From Candidatus Methanosuratincola mesotaenarum (GTDB lineage Archaea; Thermoproteota; Methanomethylicia; Methanomethylicales; Methanomethylicaceae): DNA of 64,000 nucleotides. The notes beneath the pieces were generated by a model. It was not told where the DNA came from. It saw only the letters and a program-made list of their open reading frames with translations, and ran no database searches. The translations under genes and the position numbers were made by a program. Positions 19,515 to 31,518 of the stretch are shown piece after piece (within the stretch, counting starts at the first letter, position 1; each line of letters starts with the position of its first letter). The stretch is taken from positions 169,916 through 233,915 of the forward strand of contig JAULTC010000001.1 of NCBI GenBank assembly GCA_038801705.1. Direction: 5' to 3'.

Positions 19515-20705
19515 TTGAGGATCTTGGACTCAGTGCGTGAGAGGCAGATCATGATAATCACAGGGCTCAGGAGGACGGGCAAGACTACCCTCATGTACCA
19601 GGCGATCGAGAGGCTGCTTGAGACTGAGGATCCGAGGAAGGTGCTCTACTTCTCCTTCGAGGAGCCGTCTCCTGGGCCCAAGGAAGTCGAGCACTATGAG
19701 AAGGGGGTCCTGAGGGAGCCCTTTGAGGACGCAGGGAGGATCTACGTCTTCTTTGATGAGGTCCAGTACGCCAGCGGCTGGGCATCGACCATTAAGCGGT
19801 TCTATGACCTATACCCAAACCTTAAGTTCTTCGTCTCCGGTTCGTCCTCGCTACTGCTCTCAAAGGAGGCGCTGGAGAGGCTGGCAGGGAGGTTCTTCTT
19901 CCTCGAGCTGAAACCCCTGACTTTTTTTGAATTTCTGGAGATGAAGGGGGCTGAGGTTGGGAGGCTGGAAGGATCCAAGCGTAGGGCGGAGATCCTCTTC
20001 TCGGAGTACCTGATGAAGTCAGGGTTCCCCGAGCTCGCTGGTTGGGGGGACGAGGCGAAGATCGCGGAGTACATCAGGAGCGTGGTGGTGGACAGGGCGA
20101 TCCTGAGGGACATACCGGTGATCTTCGGGAGCAGGGACATCGAGCTGTCCGAGAGGCTGATGGGGTTGATACTCCCGAACCCCGGGATGATTGCAAACGT
20201 CAACGCGCTATCCGAGAGCCTCGGGAGGAGCAGGATCACCGTCTCGAACTACCTGAGGTACATCGAAGCTTCCATGCTTGTTAGGTCTCTCTCTAACTTC
20301 AGGCCGGCGATCCTCTCCTCGTCCAGGAAGCTGAGGAAGGTCTACCCGGCGGCGCCCTCACTCATCTTTGCCTACGACAGGGAGGCTTTCAAGGAGAGCG
20401 CAGGGGCTGTGCTCGAGACGTACGCTGTGGGCGCACTTGGAGCCAGGCATTATTTCAGGGAGGGTAGAAAGGAGGTAGACATGATCCTGAAGGGAGGGAC
20501 TGGCGGAAAGGAGATCCTGCCCGTGGAGGTCAAGACGAGCGTGGGCGAGAGGGACTTGAGGAAGTTTTCTGGGCTGGTGGAGTATGTGGGTGCGAGGAGA
20601 GGCATAATGATCAGTCTCAACCAAGCGTTTAGCAGCGGCAATGTCGAGGTGTACCCAGCCTACTATGCCGAGAGGATCTTCCAACATGAAGCCACAAGGG
20701 AATGA
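19515..20705 (+). CDS. COG1373-type AAA+ ATPase with C-terminal DUF4143 (PD-(D/E)xK nuclease-like) domain
   Basis: Walker A GLRRTGKTT and Walker B VFFDEVQ. C-terminal EVDMILK...LPVEVK is a D...ExK nuclease-like motif. Preceded by an AT-rich promoter region. Confidence 0.8.
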   Translation: MRILDSVRERQIMIITGLRRTGKTTLMYQAIERLLETEDPRKVLYFSFEEPSPGPKEVEHYEKGVLREPFEDAGRIYVFFDEVQYASGWASTIKRFYDLYPNLKFFVSGSSSLLLSKEALERLAGRFFFLELKPLTFFEFLEMKGAEVGRLEGSKRRAEILFSEYLMKSGFPELAGWGDEAKIAEYIRSVVVDRAILRDIPVIFGSRDIELSERLMGLILPNPGMIANVNALSESLGRSRITVSNYLRYIEASMLVRSLSNFRPAILSSSRKLRKVYPAAPSLIFAYDREAFKESAGAVLETYAVGALGARHYFREGRKEVDMILKGGTGGKEILPVEVKTSVGERDLRKFSGLVEYVGARRGIMISLNQAFSSGNVEVYPAYYAERIFQHEATRE

Positions 20706-20783
20706 GGCGGCCGCTTGCTCTAATCATCTGCAAAAGCGCTCATAGGACTAGCCAGCTCATGGTTCCAGAATAGATGCAGATGG

Positions 20784-20884
20784 CTGAGGCAGGCGGTGAT
20801 CGTATCACATGAGAGGGAGCTCGAGGGTGCAGTGGACCACATATTCAGGATACAGAAGGATGGCGGGAAGTCGAAGGTGTATGC
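20784..20884. repeat. 101-bp direct repeat, copy B (orphan duplicate of the rad50 3' end)
   Basis: Identical to 19150-19250 but not joined to any rad50 coding sequence. Confidence 0.85.
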
Positions 20885-21055
20885 GGTGACAATGGCGGGT
20901 AGGACGGGATGGAATTGGATGTTAATAATAATGAGAAAAGAAAGGGTAAGAGGTGCCCAGAATCCATTCTGAAAGATTATTCGATGGGTCCTGATGCGCC
21001 TTGTGGCAAATAAAGAGCTGCTCAGCAGCACTGGACCGGATCTATGTGCCGCGCG

Positions 21056-22021
21056 TCAGAAGAGTCCGCTGAGGTACGGCTTCAGCGCCGAGATCGTGCT
21101 CCTGATCGAGAGGGAGGAGTCCATCGCGAAGTACAAGTAGCAGTGGCAGTTCCTGTAGCAGGACCGCATCATCTCCCGGCACTTCCTCGCCTTCTCCGAG
21201 AGCAGAAAGTCGAGGATAGGTTCCTGCGAGGCGTTGATGCTGCATGCGGAGTTGATATTGCACGGGTAGTAGAGCCTGCCGTCAGCGTCTATCAGCACGG
21301 AGGCAGTATTGCAGCTGTTGGGGACGTCAAGTGTCTTGAGATATCTCTCGGTAGTTATGACCGTCTGGGGGTACTTCTTCTTCAGCCGCAGGACCTCGTC
21401 CCTGAACGCGGCGATCTCCGGAAGGTGGTTGTCGGTCCCGGGGAGGTGGCAGGCGGGCATCACCACTGCTTTCGCGCCCGCTCTGAAGCACATCTGGACC
21501 TTCCACTCCAGGTCTTTGAGGTACTCCCTCATCACGACGATCTGGGCGCAGACCGTAGGTCCCCAAGTGGCGTACTCCGGGAGGCTTTCGAAGAGGTCAA
21601 GGTTCCCATGCCCCTCGTCGATGCTGATATGGAGGAAGTCGATGTACTTTGCATACTCCCTCATCGGCCTCCTGTCTATCAGCTTTCCGCTGGTCGTGAA
21701 TAGCAGGTAGAGGGGCTTAGTGTTCACATACCCGAGGATCTCCCCAATGTCTTTGCGCAGGAGCGGCTCACCTCCCTCCATACTAAGAAGTATGACACTG
21801 GATTTGGCGATGTTGTCAATGATCCTGAGCACCTTCCCAGTTGGCATGTCGGGCATCGGTTTCCTCCACACGTCGCAGAACTCGCACCTCGAGTCGCACC
21901 GCTGGATCACCTTGAAGGTGCAGTAGAATGGGTAGCGGAAGTCCTTCCTGGCATAGTTGCCAGCAGCGTATTTTAGTGTCGAGAGGTACTTTTTGATCGG
22001 CAACCGCCTTACCTTAGCCAT
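21056..22021 (-). CDS. radical SAM protein with Cys-rich C-terminal SPASM/twitch-like domain (MoaA/PqqE superfamily; function unknown)
   Basis: CDSRCEFC is the Cx3Cx2C cluster; GGEPLL is present. C-terminal Cys-rich stretch (CNTASVLIDADGRLYYPCNINSAC...CREMMRSCYRNCHC) suggests auxiliary clusters. 321 aa. Confidence 0.75.
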   Translation of the reverse strand: MAKVRRLPIKKYLSTLKYAAGNYARKDFRYPFYCTFKVIQRCDSRCEFCDVWRKPMPDMPTGKVLRIIDNIAKSSVILLSMEGGEPLLRKDIGEILGYVNTKPLYLLFTTSGKLIDRRPMREYAKYIDFLHISIDEGHGNLDLFESLPEYATWGPTVCAQIVVMREYLKDLEWKVQMCFRAGAKAVVMPACHLPGTDNHLPEIAAFRDEVLRLKKKYPQTVITTERYLKTLDVPNSCNTASVLIDADGRLYYPCNINSACSINASQEPILDFLLSEKARKCREMMRSCYRNCHCYLYFAMDSSLSIRSTISALKPYLSGLF

Positions 22022-22198
22022 ATGCCCAACTAGTTGTGCATCCGTTATTTATGTCCATTGTTTTATTGACGTTCCGAACTTTAAGGTTATTTAAGTAGGG
22101 ATTGCATTAGGTCCCAGAACCCCACGGCGAAGAAAGGGAGGGAGGGGTTGGAAGAAGCTGGGTTGCAAAGGCAGAAGAAGTTTACAAAGTCAAAGGAT

Positions 22199-23296
22199 TC
22201 AGGTTAAGGAAGTTGAAGAAGAAGCCGAGGCAGGAGTTGAAGTCTGACCGGCCTCTCCCCTCCTGCCCATCCCGTTCTCCAGAGCAACCTTCACGCCGAC
22301 GTAGGAGGCGGTTATCCCGCTTATCATGAGCTCGAACCAGAACATCACGAGCCTGGCGAGTATGGTAACCGACGCGGCGACTGCCGCCGGTACGCCAAAG
22401 CCCATGAAGAACCCGGTCATCGAGACCTCGATCACGCCAACTAGACCGGGGATCCCTATCGGCATCAACTGAACCATGCTCACGAAGAGCGCAACCGTGA
22501 GCACTGCCCAGTATGAGATCGGGTAGTTGAGGGAGTAGAACATCAGGTATGGGATGAATGCTACCAAGAAGTACCTTGCCGTCGCGATAGCCGCCGACGC
22601 GAGGATCGCCCCCTTCTTCGCTCCGCTTATGGAGTCCTGGAAAGTGTAGAGTACTCTTACTGCCCTCTCCCTGTTCTTTTCAGCGTCGTAGTCGTGCTTG
22701 AGGCGCCTGAAGAAAGGCGCGGTCCGCGTGATGAAGCCGCCGATGTACTTCTCGAACTTCCTCGCGTTGACCGCCAGGTAAACGCCGACGACGCTCAGGG
22801 CGATCGTGGAGGCTACCAGCGTTATGAAGGAGTAGAAAGCGCTCAGCTGCGTGGTCTCGGTCGTGATGAGGAGAGTTATGCTGCACCCGAGCACCCCGCA
22901 GAATGTGATCGCCAGGATGAGGCGGTGGAGGATGACGCTCGCGGTCGCCTCGCCCAGGCTCAGCCTCGACTTCTTCGTGGTCATCGTAACCCGCAGGATC
23001 TCTCCAGATACAGAGGCGGTAGGGATCATCATGTCACCGAAGATGCTGACTAGGACAACCTCAACGCAGCTGAGGAAACCCATCCCAGGCGGGGTCAGTA
23101 GAACCTTCCAGCTCAGCGCGAAGAGGGCTATGCAGAGAATGTCTATCAGCACCGCGAGGAGGGCTACCCGCGGGTCGAGCGTCAGTATGATCTGAACGAT
23201 CTGCCAGAAGCCGACGAAGTACAGGTAAAGGACCAAAATGATAACTCCTGCGATTACCATCAGCTTCTTAGGACTGATCGGGAGTTTAAGTTTCAA
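22199..23296 (-). CDS. UPF0104 / lysylphosphatidylglycerol-synthase-TM-like (flippase-like) membrane protein
   Basis: 365 aa with about eight helices. N-terminal pattern of basic residues then GxxxxLxxLxxxxxW is typical of the COG0392 family. Confidence 0.65.
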   Translation of the reverse strand: MKLKLPISPKKLMVIAGVIILVLYLYFVGFWQIVQIILTLDPRVALLAVLIDILCIALFALSWKVLLTPPGMGFLSCVEVVLVSIFGDMMIPTASVSGEILRVTMTTKKSRLSLGEATASVILHRLILAITFCGVLGCSITLLITTETTQLSAFYSFITLVASTIALSVVGVYLAVNARKFEKYIGGFITRTAPFFRRLKHDYDAEKNRERAVRVLYTFQDSISGAKKGAILASAAIATARYFLVAFIPYLMFYSLNYPISYWAVLTVALFVSMVQLMPIGIPGLVGVIEVSMTGFFMGFGVPAAVAASVTILARLVMFWFELMISGITASYVGVKVALENGMGRRGEAGQTSTPASASSSTSLT

Positions 23297-23684
23297 GGCA
23301 GATCCCTTTTCCAGTCAGATCCAGGTCGATAAGCAGGTATGGACAGGCATAATTATTAATTATATCGCTCCATGTCTGAATGAAATGAAGTTAGGAAAGA
23401 ATGCCTGTAGCTTCCATTTTATCAAATCCGCCGTGAGTGACCGGTCAGTAAAGAGCCTCTCAAGCCATGACATCATGATCGAATAGCATGTAGCCAAATC
23501 ATGGTATTTAATACATTACTTTTTGTTTCCGCTTAGTTAAAAATTAATCAAACATAAATATGAAAGCCAAGAAAAACCATAAAGATAACATCATCTTGCC
23601 TAACATTCTAGTAAATAACCACAGTCTGTTTATCATTGATATTGTTGAGCGGATCGCGAACAGCACAGTTAAATGATTCTGCAC

Positions 23685-25079
23685 CTATTTCTTGGATTCT
23701 AAGGTGCCATGTAAGGGTTCCCCTGTCGCCATCTTAGCACACTCCATAAGCGATTCCACAAGGCTTGGGTGCGGCATTACTGATGAAGCCATCTCCTCAA
23801 GACGCATCCCCGACTGCACCGCAAGGACGCAAGCACTGATGATCTCGGATGCGTTTGCCCCGACGATCTGGGCGCCGATGATCCGCCTGCTCTCCTTCTC
23901 CGCGACGAGCTTAATGAACCCCTCCGGGCGGTTCATCGTCAGCGCCCGTGCGAGCGCGGCGAGCTGGAAAGTCCCTGTGACCACTTCAATTCCTTTCTTA
24001 GATGCCTCCTGCTCGTCCAAGCCGACCACAGCTATCTCCGGGTCTGAGTAGACCACTGAAGGGACGGAGCGCTGTTCGAACATTTTCCTCTTGCCGCTGA
24101 TGATCTCAGCAACTTGGTACCCGTGGTCCGAGGCCCTATGCGCAAGGTATGGCACGCCAATAACATCCCCCGCAGCAAATACGCCGGGGACGCTCGTCTC
24201 TAGCCGCCCGTTGACATTTACGAAGCCCTTCCTATCAAGCTCGATCCCTATTTCCTCAAGCCCAAGACCGTCGGTGTTCGGCCTCCTCCCAACCGCAACC
24301 AGTACAAACTCGCTCTCGACGAGATTGCCGTCCGAGAGAGCCGCCCTGTACCCTGCACTGCCCGCAGCCTCTAGCTTAACGATCCGACCCCCTATCCGCA
24401 TGTCCACACCAAGCTTCCCGAGCGAGTCGTAGACGGGCTTCACCACGTCTGGGCACCATCCTGGGAGGAGCTGATCCATGATCTCCACGATGACTACTTT
24501 GGACCCGAGCTCCGCGAGCGCGGTTGCCATCTCTACACCTATCACCCCGCCGCCAACTATGATGATGCGATTAGGGAGCTGCTTCAGCGAAAAGACCTCG
24601 TCCGAGCTTATCACCCCCTTGGAGTCGAACTTTGCATCGGGAAGGTCGTACGGCCTCGATCCCGTCGCCACGACGAAGCTCCGCGCCCTCAGCATGTCCC
24701 CGGAGGGGCTCACCATTACTGCATCCCTCGAGATGAACTCGGCGCTGCCTCTCACGAGCGCGACCCCCCTAGAGTTCAGCAGGTACTCGACTCCCTTCTT
24801 CGAGCGGTCTACTATGTGCCTCGTCCAGGAGGCGACCCTCTCAAAGTCCACAGAAACCTCCGCCCAGACGCCGCACCTAGCCGCCTTCTTTACATCATTT
24901 ACCGTCTTCGCGACTGAGAGAAGAGCCTTCATCGGGACGCACCCGCGGTTCAGGCATGTGCCACCAACCTGATCCCTTTCGACTAGTGCCACCTTCTTCC
25001 CGAGCTGCGCGGACCGGAGAGCGCAGACATACCCCGCTGGACCTCCACCAATCACGACAACATCGAATGACCGCTCCAT
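23685..25079 (-). CDS. lpdA: dihydrolipoamide dehydrogenase (E3)
   Basis: VVIGGGPAGY FAD motif, redox-active GGTCLNRGCVPMKAL, and the C-terminal His-Pro-Ser/Glu interface region. Start placed at MERSFDVVVIGGG. Confidence 0.85.
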   Translation of the reverse strand: MERSFDVVVIGGGPAGYVCALRSAQLGKKVALVERDQVGGTCLNRGCVPMKALLSVAKTVNDVKKAARCGVWAEVSVDFERVASWTRHIVDRSKKGVEYLLNSRGVALVRGSAEFISRDAVMVSPSGDMLRARSFVVATGSRPYDLPDAKFDSKGVISSDEVFSLKQLPNRIIIVGGGVIGVEMATALAELGSKVVIVEIMDQLLPGWCPDVVKPVYDSLGKLGVDMRIGGRIVKLEAAGSAGYRAALSDGNLVESEFVLVAVGRRPNTDGLGLEEIGIELDRKGFVNVNGRLETSVPGVFAAGDVIGVPYLAHRASDHGYQVAEIISGKRKMFEQRSVPSVVYSDPEIAVVGLDEQEASKKGIEVVTGTFQLAALARALTMNRPEGFIKLVAEKESRRIIGAQIVGANASEIISACVLAVQSGMRLEEMASSVMPHPSLVESLMECAKMATGEPLHGTLESKK

Positions 25080-25168
25080 CAAAAACACCTGCTTCAGATG
25101 ACGGATAAGGGATTTGGTGCCAGGCCCCAAAAAAAGCATTCGGTTTCGTTTGGTCTTATTAGGAGGGA

Positions 25169-25534
25169 TCAGCAGGCTTCCACTATCGACAAGTTGTTCA
25201 GCTTCGCGCAGATCGCCGCCTCCTCAGCAGCCCCCTCGCCCTCGACTATGTACCTGTCCGTCTTCACAAGCCGATCTTTCCTCAGCTCGACGCCCTTCTG
25301 TTTGTAAACCTTGAACCCGCGCCGCTTCAGCCCACTCGCCATCATGTTGAAGATCTTCGCAGGGAGGTCGATCATCGTCGGTGAGTATACCACTATCTCG
25401 TCCTCATGCCAGACCAGCTCGTTGATCTCCTCAAGCATCGGTCGACCCAGGGAGAGTTCGCGACCATCTGCCTCCTCTGCTGCCTCGTCGATTATCTTCT
25501 TCAACGACTTCTTAGCTTTCCGCCGGGGCATCAA
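25169..25534 (-). CDS. hypothetical protein (121 aa)
   Basis: ORF with coding-like composition immediately upstream of lpd on the same strand. No family recognised by eye. Confidence 0.4.
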   Translation of the reverse strand: MMPRRKAKKSLKKIIDEAAEEADGRELSLGRPMLEEINELVWHEDEIVVYSPTMIDLPAKIFNMMASGLKRRGFKVYKQKGVELRKDRLVKTDRYIVEGEGAAEEAAICAKLNNLSIVEAC

Positions 25535-25932
25535 CTACACCTACTAGTAGTTAACCACAGGGGGATTTAGGCGTTTGGGTAGACGCATTTTAATTTTTTC
25601 TGATTTTGTTTAGTGAATTTTCATTTTCCAAGGTTTCTTACACGAACAGTTTTATTGATCCATGCTACCATTTTGACAGTTTCTAATCATCAATTTTGGC
25701 GCTTGAGGCGCCGTTAGGCAACCGTCCATGATCGGACTTCAAGACAAAGGCTGGAAAAAAGGAGCTGGGCTGCGAATGCTTTCCTTAAAAATGGTTCTGT
25801 TGTCTCAAACAACACGTAATGGCTCGAGAGCCATTTAGGCGCGGTTTGCCTGGAACACTGGACGACCTTGATCCAAAATTAGCAGTGATTGTGGGAAGAG
25901 AGGATGAAAGGAGGGAGAATAGCAGAATGGTA

Positions 25933-26304
25933 CTAAGGATCAGCTTTTCTGATCCTAGGGATGGCATAGGAGAGCACAAATGCAAGTGTAAGGAGCGCAA
26001 GGATCACTGCCGTTAGGACCATCAAGATTCTCGCGCCGGCAAGAATGTAGCCCAGCACGATTATTCCGAAGCTCACGGCCATGGTGGCGACCTCCGCGAA
26101 CCGCTTTGTTCTAGACTCGGCGTGTATTTTTGTTGTCAGCACAAAGGAGGCCCACGCGGCAGTTAATGAGAAGCCTACGGTTCCGCGGACAGGATCCTTC
26201 TCAGCGGCCGCCCATATAATTAACAGTATCCCTAACCCGATCCAGATGGCGGTCTGTATGTATGTACGCATCCCGTCCCTATCCATCATTAACCAAAACA
26301 TCAT
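25933..26304 (-). CDS. small membrane protein (123 aa, 3-4 TM)
   Basis: Hydrophobic helices; composition consistent with coding. Confidence 0.45.
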   Translation of the reverse strand: MMFWLMMDRDGMRTYIQTAIWIGLGILLIIWAAAEKDPVRGTVGFSLTAAWASFVLTTKIHAESRTKRFAEVATMAVSFGIIVLGYILAGARILMVLTAVILALLTLAFVLSYAIPRIRKADP

Positions 26305-26552
26305 ATACTTGGGCTGGTCTAATAAGTTTTACTTTGAAGATCATTTTTCATGATCTGGTGGGACGAGCAAATGAACCAACGGGTGGGCAGAAGGGCAGGC
26401 AGGCAAACAGGCAGAGAGATAGGGATAGAGATGTGAAATGCGGCAAGTATACAGAAACATTCTTATGGCGCTTCATATTCATTATTCCATGCATATATGA
26501 GTGTTATATTAGGAAAACCAACAAACAGTTCAAGCGGTGAGTTTATCCAACC

Positions 26553-26622
26553 TCTGACGTACTCTCACGGCTGAAGCCTGTGGGCTTGCCTTCGTTATCC
26601 ACCTCATGGCCCCATTATCGTA
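26553..26622. repeat. 70-nt intergenic repeat element, copy 2 of 3 (2 substitutions)
   Basis: Same orientation and same ends as copy 1; differs at two positions (C to T, A to G). Confidence 0.85.
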
Positions 26623-26815
26623 ACTTCGAGTTGACTTCGATATACTCGATAATGCGGCGTAGCTCGTCGGCAAACTTACCGTATGCCAATGTCGCCACCT
26701 TCGTATACCTTGATATGGTCAACCAGTTCAATCAACACTTCCCTTGTCAGCTTGAATAAAATCCATCAGCGTGTAATGCTCCCTCCATTTCGACACTTCT
26801 GATTTTTTTCTCTGT

Positions 26816-27621
26816 CTATTTTAGATGGAGCGCGTCATGTTTCAAGCCCATTGTATTTTGTTTAACTGATGAACAACGGTTTTTCTTTGAAAAGTCAGTC
26901 GCCTGCTTTTGTTTCTCTGCAATCCGCCTTCCGTGACGTTTTGCCAACATGGTCAGCGAAACGCAATTTATTAAGAACGTTAGTAGTGAAAGAATTGTAA
27001 ATGTTGGATTTACGCCAAGCCCGTGGATGTCAACGTAGTCCATAATTGACGGCAAGGTAAGTACGGATAACATAATAATGGTTATGCTTACTGCTGCAAT
27101 AAGGAAAACCTTATCACCGGAAATCTCTTTCTTTTGAATCCGGAAAGAAACCGCTGCCAGTATGATAGAAACGATAAGCATGACTAAAATGATTGTATAG
27201 TGAGGGATGTATTCCATCGTGAAACCGTTAAATGCCCCATAGGCGCTGATATCTCTTGTCGTAGCTTGATTCAAAGAAGAATAGTAAAATGTTGTTATAA
27301 AAATAAAAAATCCACATAGCAGTAAAGAAGCTATCTTATTTTTCCCGTAACAAACACTCCTAACATCGCAATTATCCAAGCAACCCCTATTATGTTTACA
27401 GGCAGAACAGACCACGCCAAGCCTCCATCAATCGCTAAGTTGCCACCAGTCAAAACAAGAATACCCAACAGGCACACGGCGCTCCTTCGACGGGAAGTAT
27501 GAGGGGGCTTGTAATGACAATTCAAAGGCTTTTTGATGATCATCACAGGGAGGGGGATGGGTTGCTGGCGCGCAGTATTTTCTAGTGTGCAACTAGAGGG
27601 GCAAATCTTAAAAATAGGCAC
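26816..27621 (-). pseudogene. frameshifted membrane-protein gene in an AT-rich patch
   Basis: Two overlapping minus-strand ORFs (26816-27415 and 27331-27621) in different frames both encode hydrophobic segments. Local GC is clearly lower than the flanks. Confidence 0.4.
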
Positions 27622-27645
27622 CTCCTTTTAAAATGCTCTTCGCGG

Positions 27646-28284
27646 GTGATAGGAATGGATATCTTCAGCGTTGTTGTGAGACTAGTGGTCACTTTCGCTC
27701 TTGCGCTCATCTTTGGTATCGAGAGGCAGCGCTCATACAAGCCTGCTGGGTTCGGCATCTACGTCTTTGTGGCGCTGGCAGCGTGTGGACTCTCAATCGT
27801 CGCGCTTGAGGAGGCTCAGGAAGGCGCCGTGCCGCTGCTTGCTGCCATCGTGACCGCAACTGGCTTCCTTGGCGCAGGTGCGCTAATAAAGACGGCAAAC
27901 AAGGTCTTCGGATTTACGACCGCGGCGAGCATATGGTTCTTTTCATGCTTCGGGGTCATAATGGCACTTGGCAAATACGCAGTGGCTGGAATACTATACA
28001 CACTAGTCCTGATCACCCTTGCTCTTGACAAGGCATTGGATAGGCGCGGAATAGGATTCCAAGAGAAGATTACGGTCTACACGAATGCGCCCGTAGACCC
28101 GAAGGAGGTCGATTCAGAAATTGCAGAATGCACAGGAAAGTTCAGGTTCGAGGGGATTGAGGAGGATAAGGAATCAGGCAGGATGGCGCTGACTTACACG
28201 ATATATGGAAAGAAAAATTGCGTCATTATGTTGGCGAGCAGGCTCAGGAGCAAAAAATGGTTTCATTCGCTCAAGGGTGAATGA
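27646..28284 (+). CDS. mgtC: MgtC/SapB-family membrane protein
   Basis: N-terminal VVRLVVTFALALIFGIERQ matches the MgtC signature. About four helices, then a soluble C-terminal domain. Confidence 0.75.
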   Translation: MIGMDIFSVVVRLVVTFALALIFGIERQRSYKPAGFGIYVFVALAACGLSIVALEEAQEGAVPLLAAIVTATGFLGAGALIKTANKVFGFTTAASIWFFSCFGVIMALGKYAVAGILYTLVLITLALDKALDRRGIGFQEKITVYTNAPVDPKEVDSEIAECTGKFRFEGIEEDKESGRMALTYTIYGKKNCVIMLASRLRSKKWFHSLKGE

Positions 28285-28598
28285 CACTCCGGATTGAAGG
28301 GGTGCTCTTCCTGATGGATGATGAAGCGGTGCCAGCTGATCACGCACGAGTTTCTCGAGCAAATGAAAGCAAATATGATCCGAGAAGCCTATTTAATGAG
28401 GGTATGAAGGAGTCTGTTGAAGCCTCAAACAGCCATTTCCAGCAGAACCTTATTCGAAATGTGTTTAGCACAAAAATTGGGTGTTAAGCTTTACGGGAGC
28501 CTTGGGGCAACTTTTCCACGGGAGACAGTTATTCTGGGGGTAGAGTTTGGCAATCCGCAAGATCATAATGTCTTGAGGGTTTAAGAAGACATCGAGCA

Positions 28599-29549
28599 TT
28601 AATACAACATCACGATCGGCTTCTTTTTTATATAGCTGTAAGCCGTAAGCGCTGCTGCTGCCCCCTGACCGGCTGCGATTATCACCTGGGCATAGGGAGT
28701 GTCAGTGATGTCCCCTGCTGCGAAGAGCCCTTCGCAGCTGGTTCTTCCAAACTTGTCGGTTATTACCTTGCCCGCAGGATCCCTCTTGACGAGGTGCTCC
28801 ACATAATCGAGTTTGACGTCCCTCCCGATGTCTAGGAAGAGCGTATCGACCTTGAACTCCTGCTCGAGCCCGGTCTTCAAATTTTTTACCACGACCGACT
28901 CAAGGCATACGCCACCTTTCATTTCAATTATCACGGTATTCAGGAGGAGCTCGACATTTGGGATCGCCTTCACACGTACCAAGGTCGCCTCGTCTCCCCT
29001 GAACTCCTCCCTGCGGTGTATAAGGTAAACCTTCGACGCCTTGTAGGAAAGGAGCTCTGCCCTCTGCAGTGCGGTGTTCCCGCCTCCAACAATAGCTACG
29101 GTTTTTCCGGCCATCCGATCGAGATCGCACTTGAGCGAGATATTCACGCCCCTCCCCAGAAGCTGGTCTTCCCCTGGGACGCATAGCTTCCTCGGCTTTC
29201 TTCCCCCCGTCACTATGACCGCCCTCCCATAAAAGACGCCGGCTGTGCTATGAACACGGAAGAGGTCTCCATCTTTCTCGATCCTTTTGACCTCGGCCGT
29301 CACGAACTCCGCCCCGCTTATCCTTGCCTGGTTTTCAAAGGCTGCAGCCAACTTAATTCCGTCAGTCTCCAGGTACCCCAAGTAGTTATCGATGTGCTCG
29401 GTCTGGAGGATCTGGCCGCCGATGTCCATACTTAGTACTAGCGTGTCCAGCAGCCTCTTCCTTGCATAAACTGCAGCAGCAAGACCGGCCGGTCCTGCGC
29501 CGACAATGACAACATCATAGGCAAAAATATGCGCCACCACCGAGATCAT
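28599..29549 (-). CDS. thioredoxin-reductase-family flavoprotein with non-canonical active site (SxxC instead of CxxC)
   Basis: FAD motif VVIVGAGPAGL, NAD(P) motif IVGGGNTA, and TrxR C-terminus GDITDTPYAQVIIAAGQG. By gap-free alignment to E. coli TrxB, the CATC position reads SLKC. Confidence 0.75.
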   Translation of the reverse strand: MISVVAHIFAYDVVIVGAGPAGLAAAVYARKRLLDTLVLSMDIGGQILQTEHIDNYLGYLETDGIKLAAAFENQARISGAEFVTAEVKRIEKDGDLFRVHSTAGVFYGRAVIVTGGRKPRKLCVPGEDQLLGRGVNISLKCDLDRMAGKTVAIVGGGNTALQRAELLSYKASKVYLIHRREEFRGDEATLVRVKAIPNVELLLNTVIIEMKGGVCLESVVVKNLKTGLEQEFKVDTLFLDIGRDVKLDYVEHLVKRDPAGKVITDKFGRTSCEGLFAAGDITDTPYAQVIIAAGQGAAAALTAYSYIKKKPIVMLY

Positions 29550-29568
29550 AGCTCATGAAATGAAAGCC

Positions 29569-31518
<1,950 letters not shown>

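Noticed and set aside
25169-25534. Glycine-cleavage H-protein or lipoyl carrier next to lipoamide dehydrogenase
   Set aside because: No lipoyl-lysine motif (..E(S/T)VKA..) is present. The sequence does not fit H-protein, so it is left as hypothetical.
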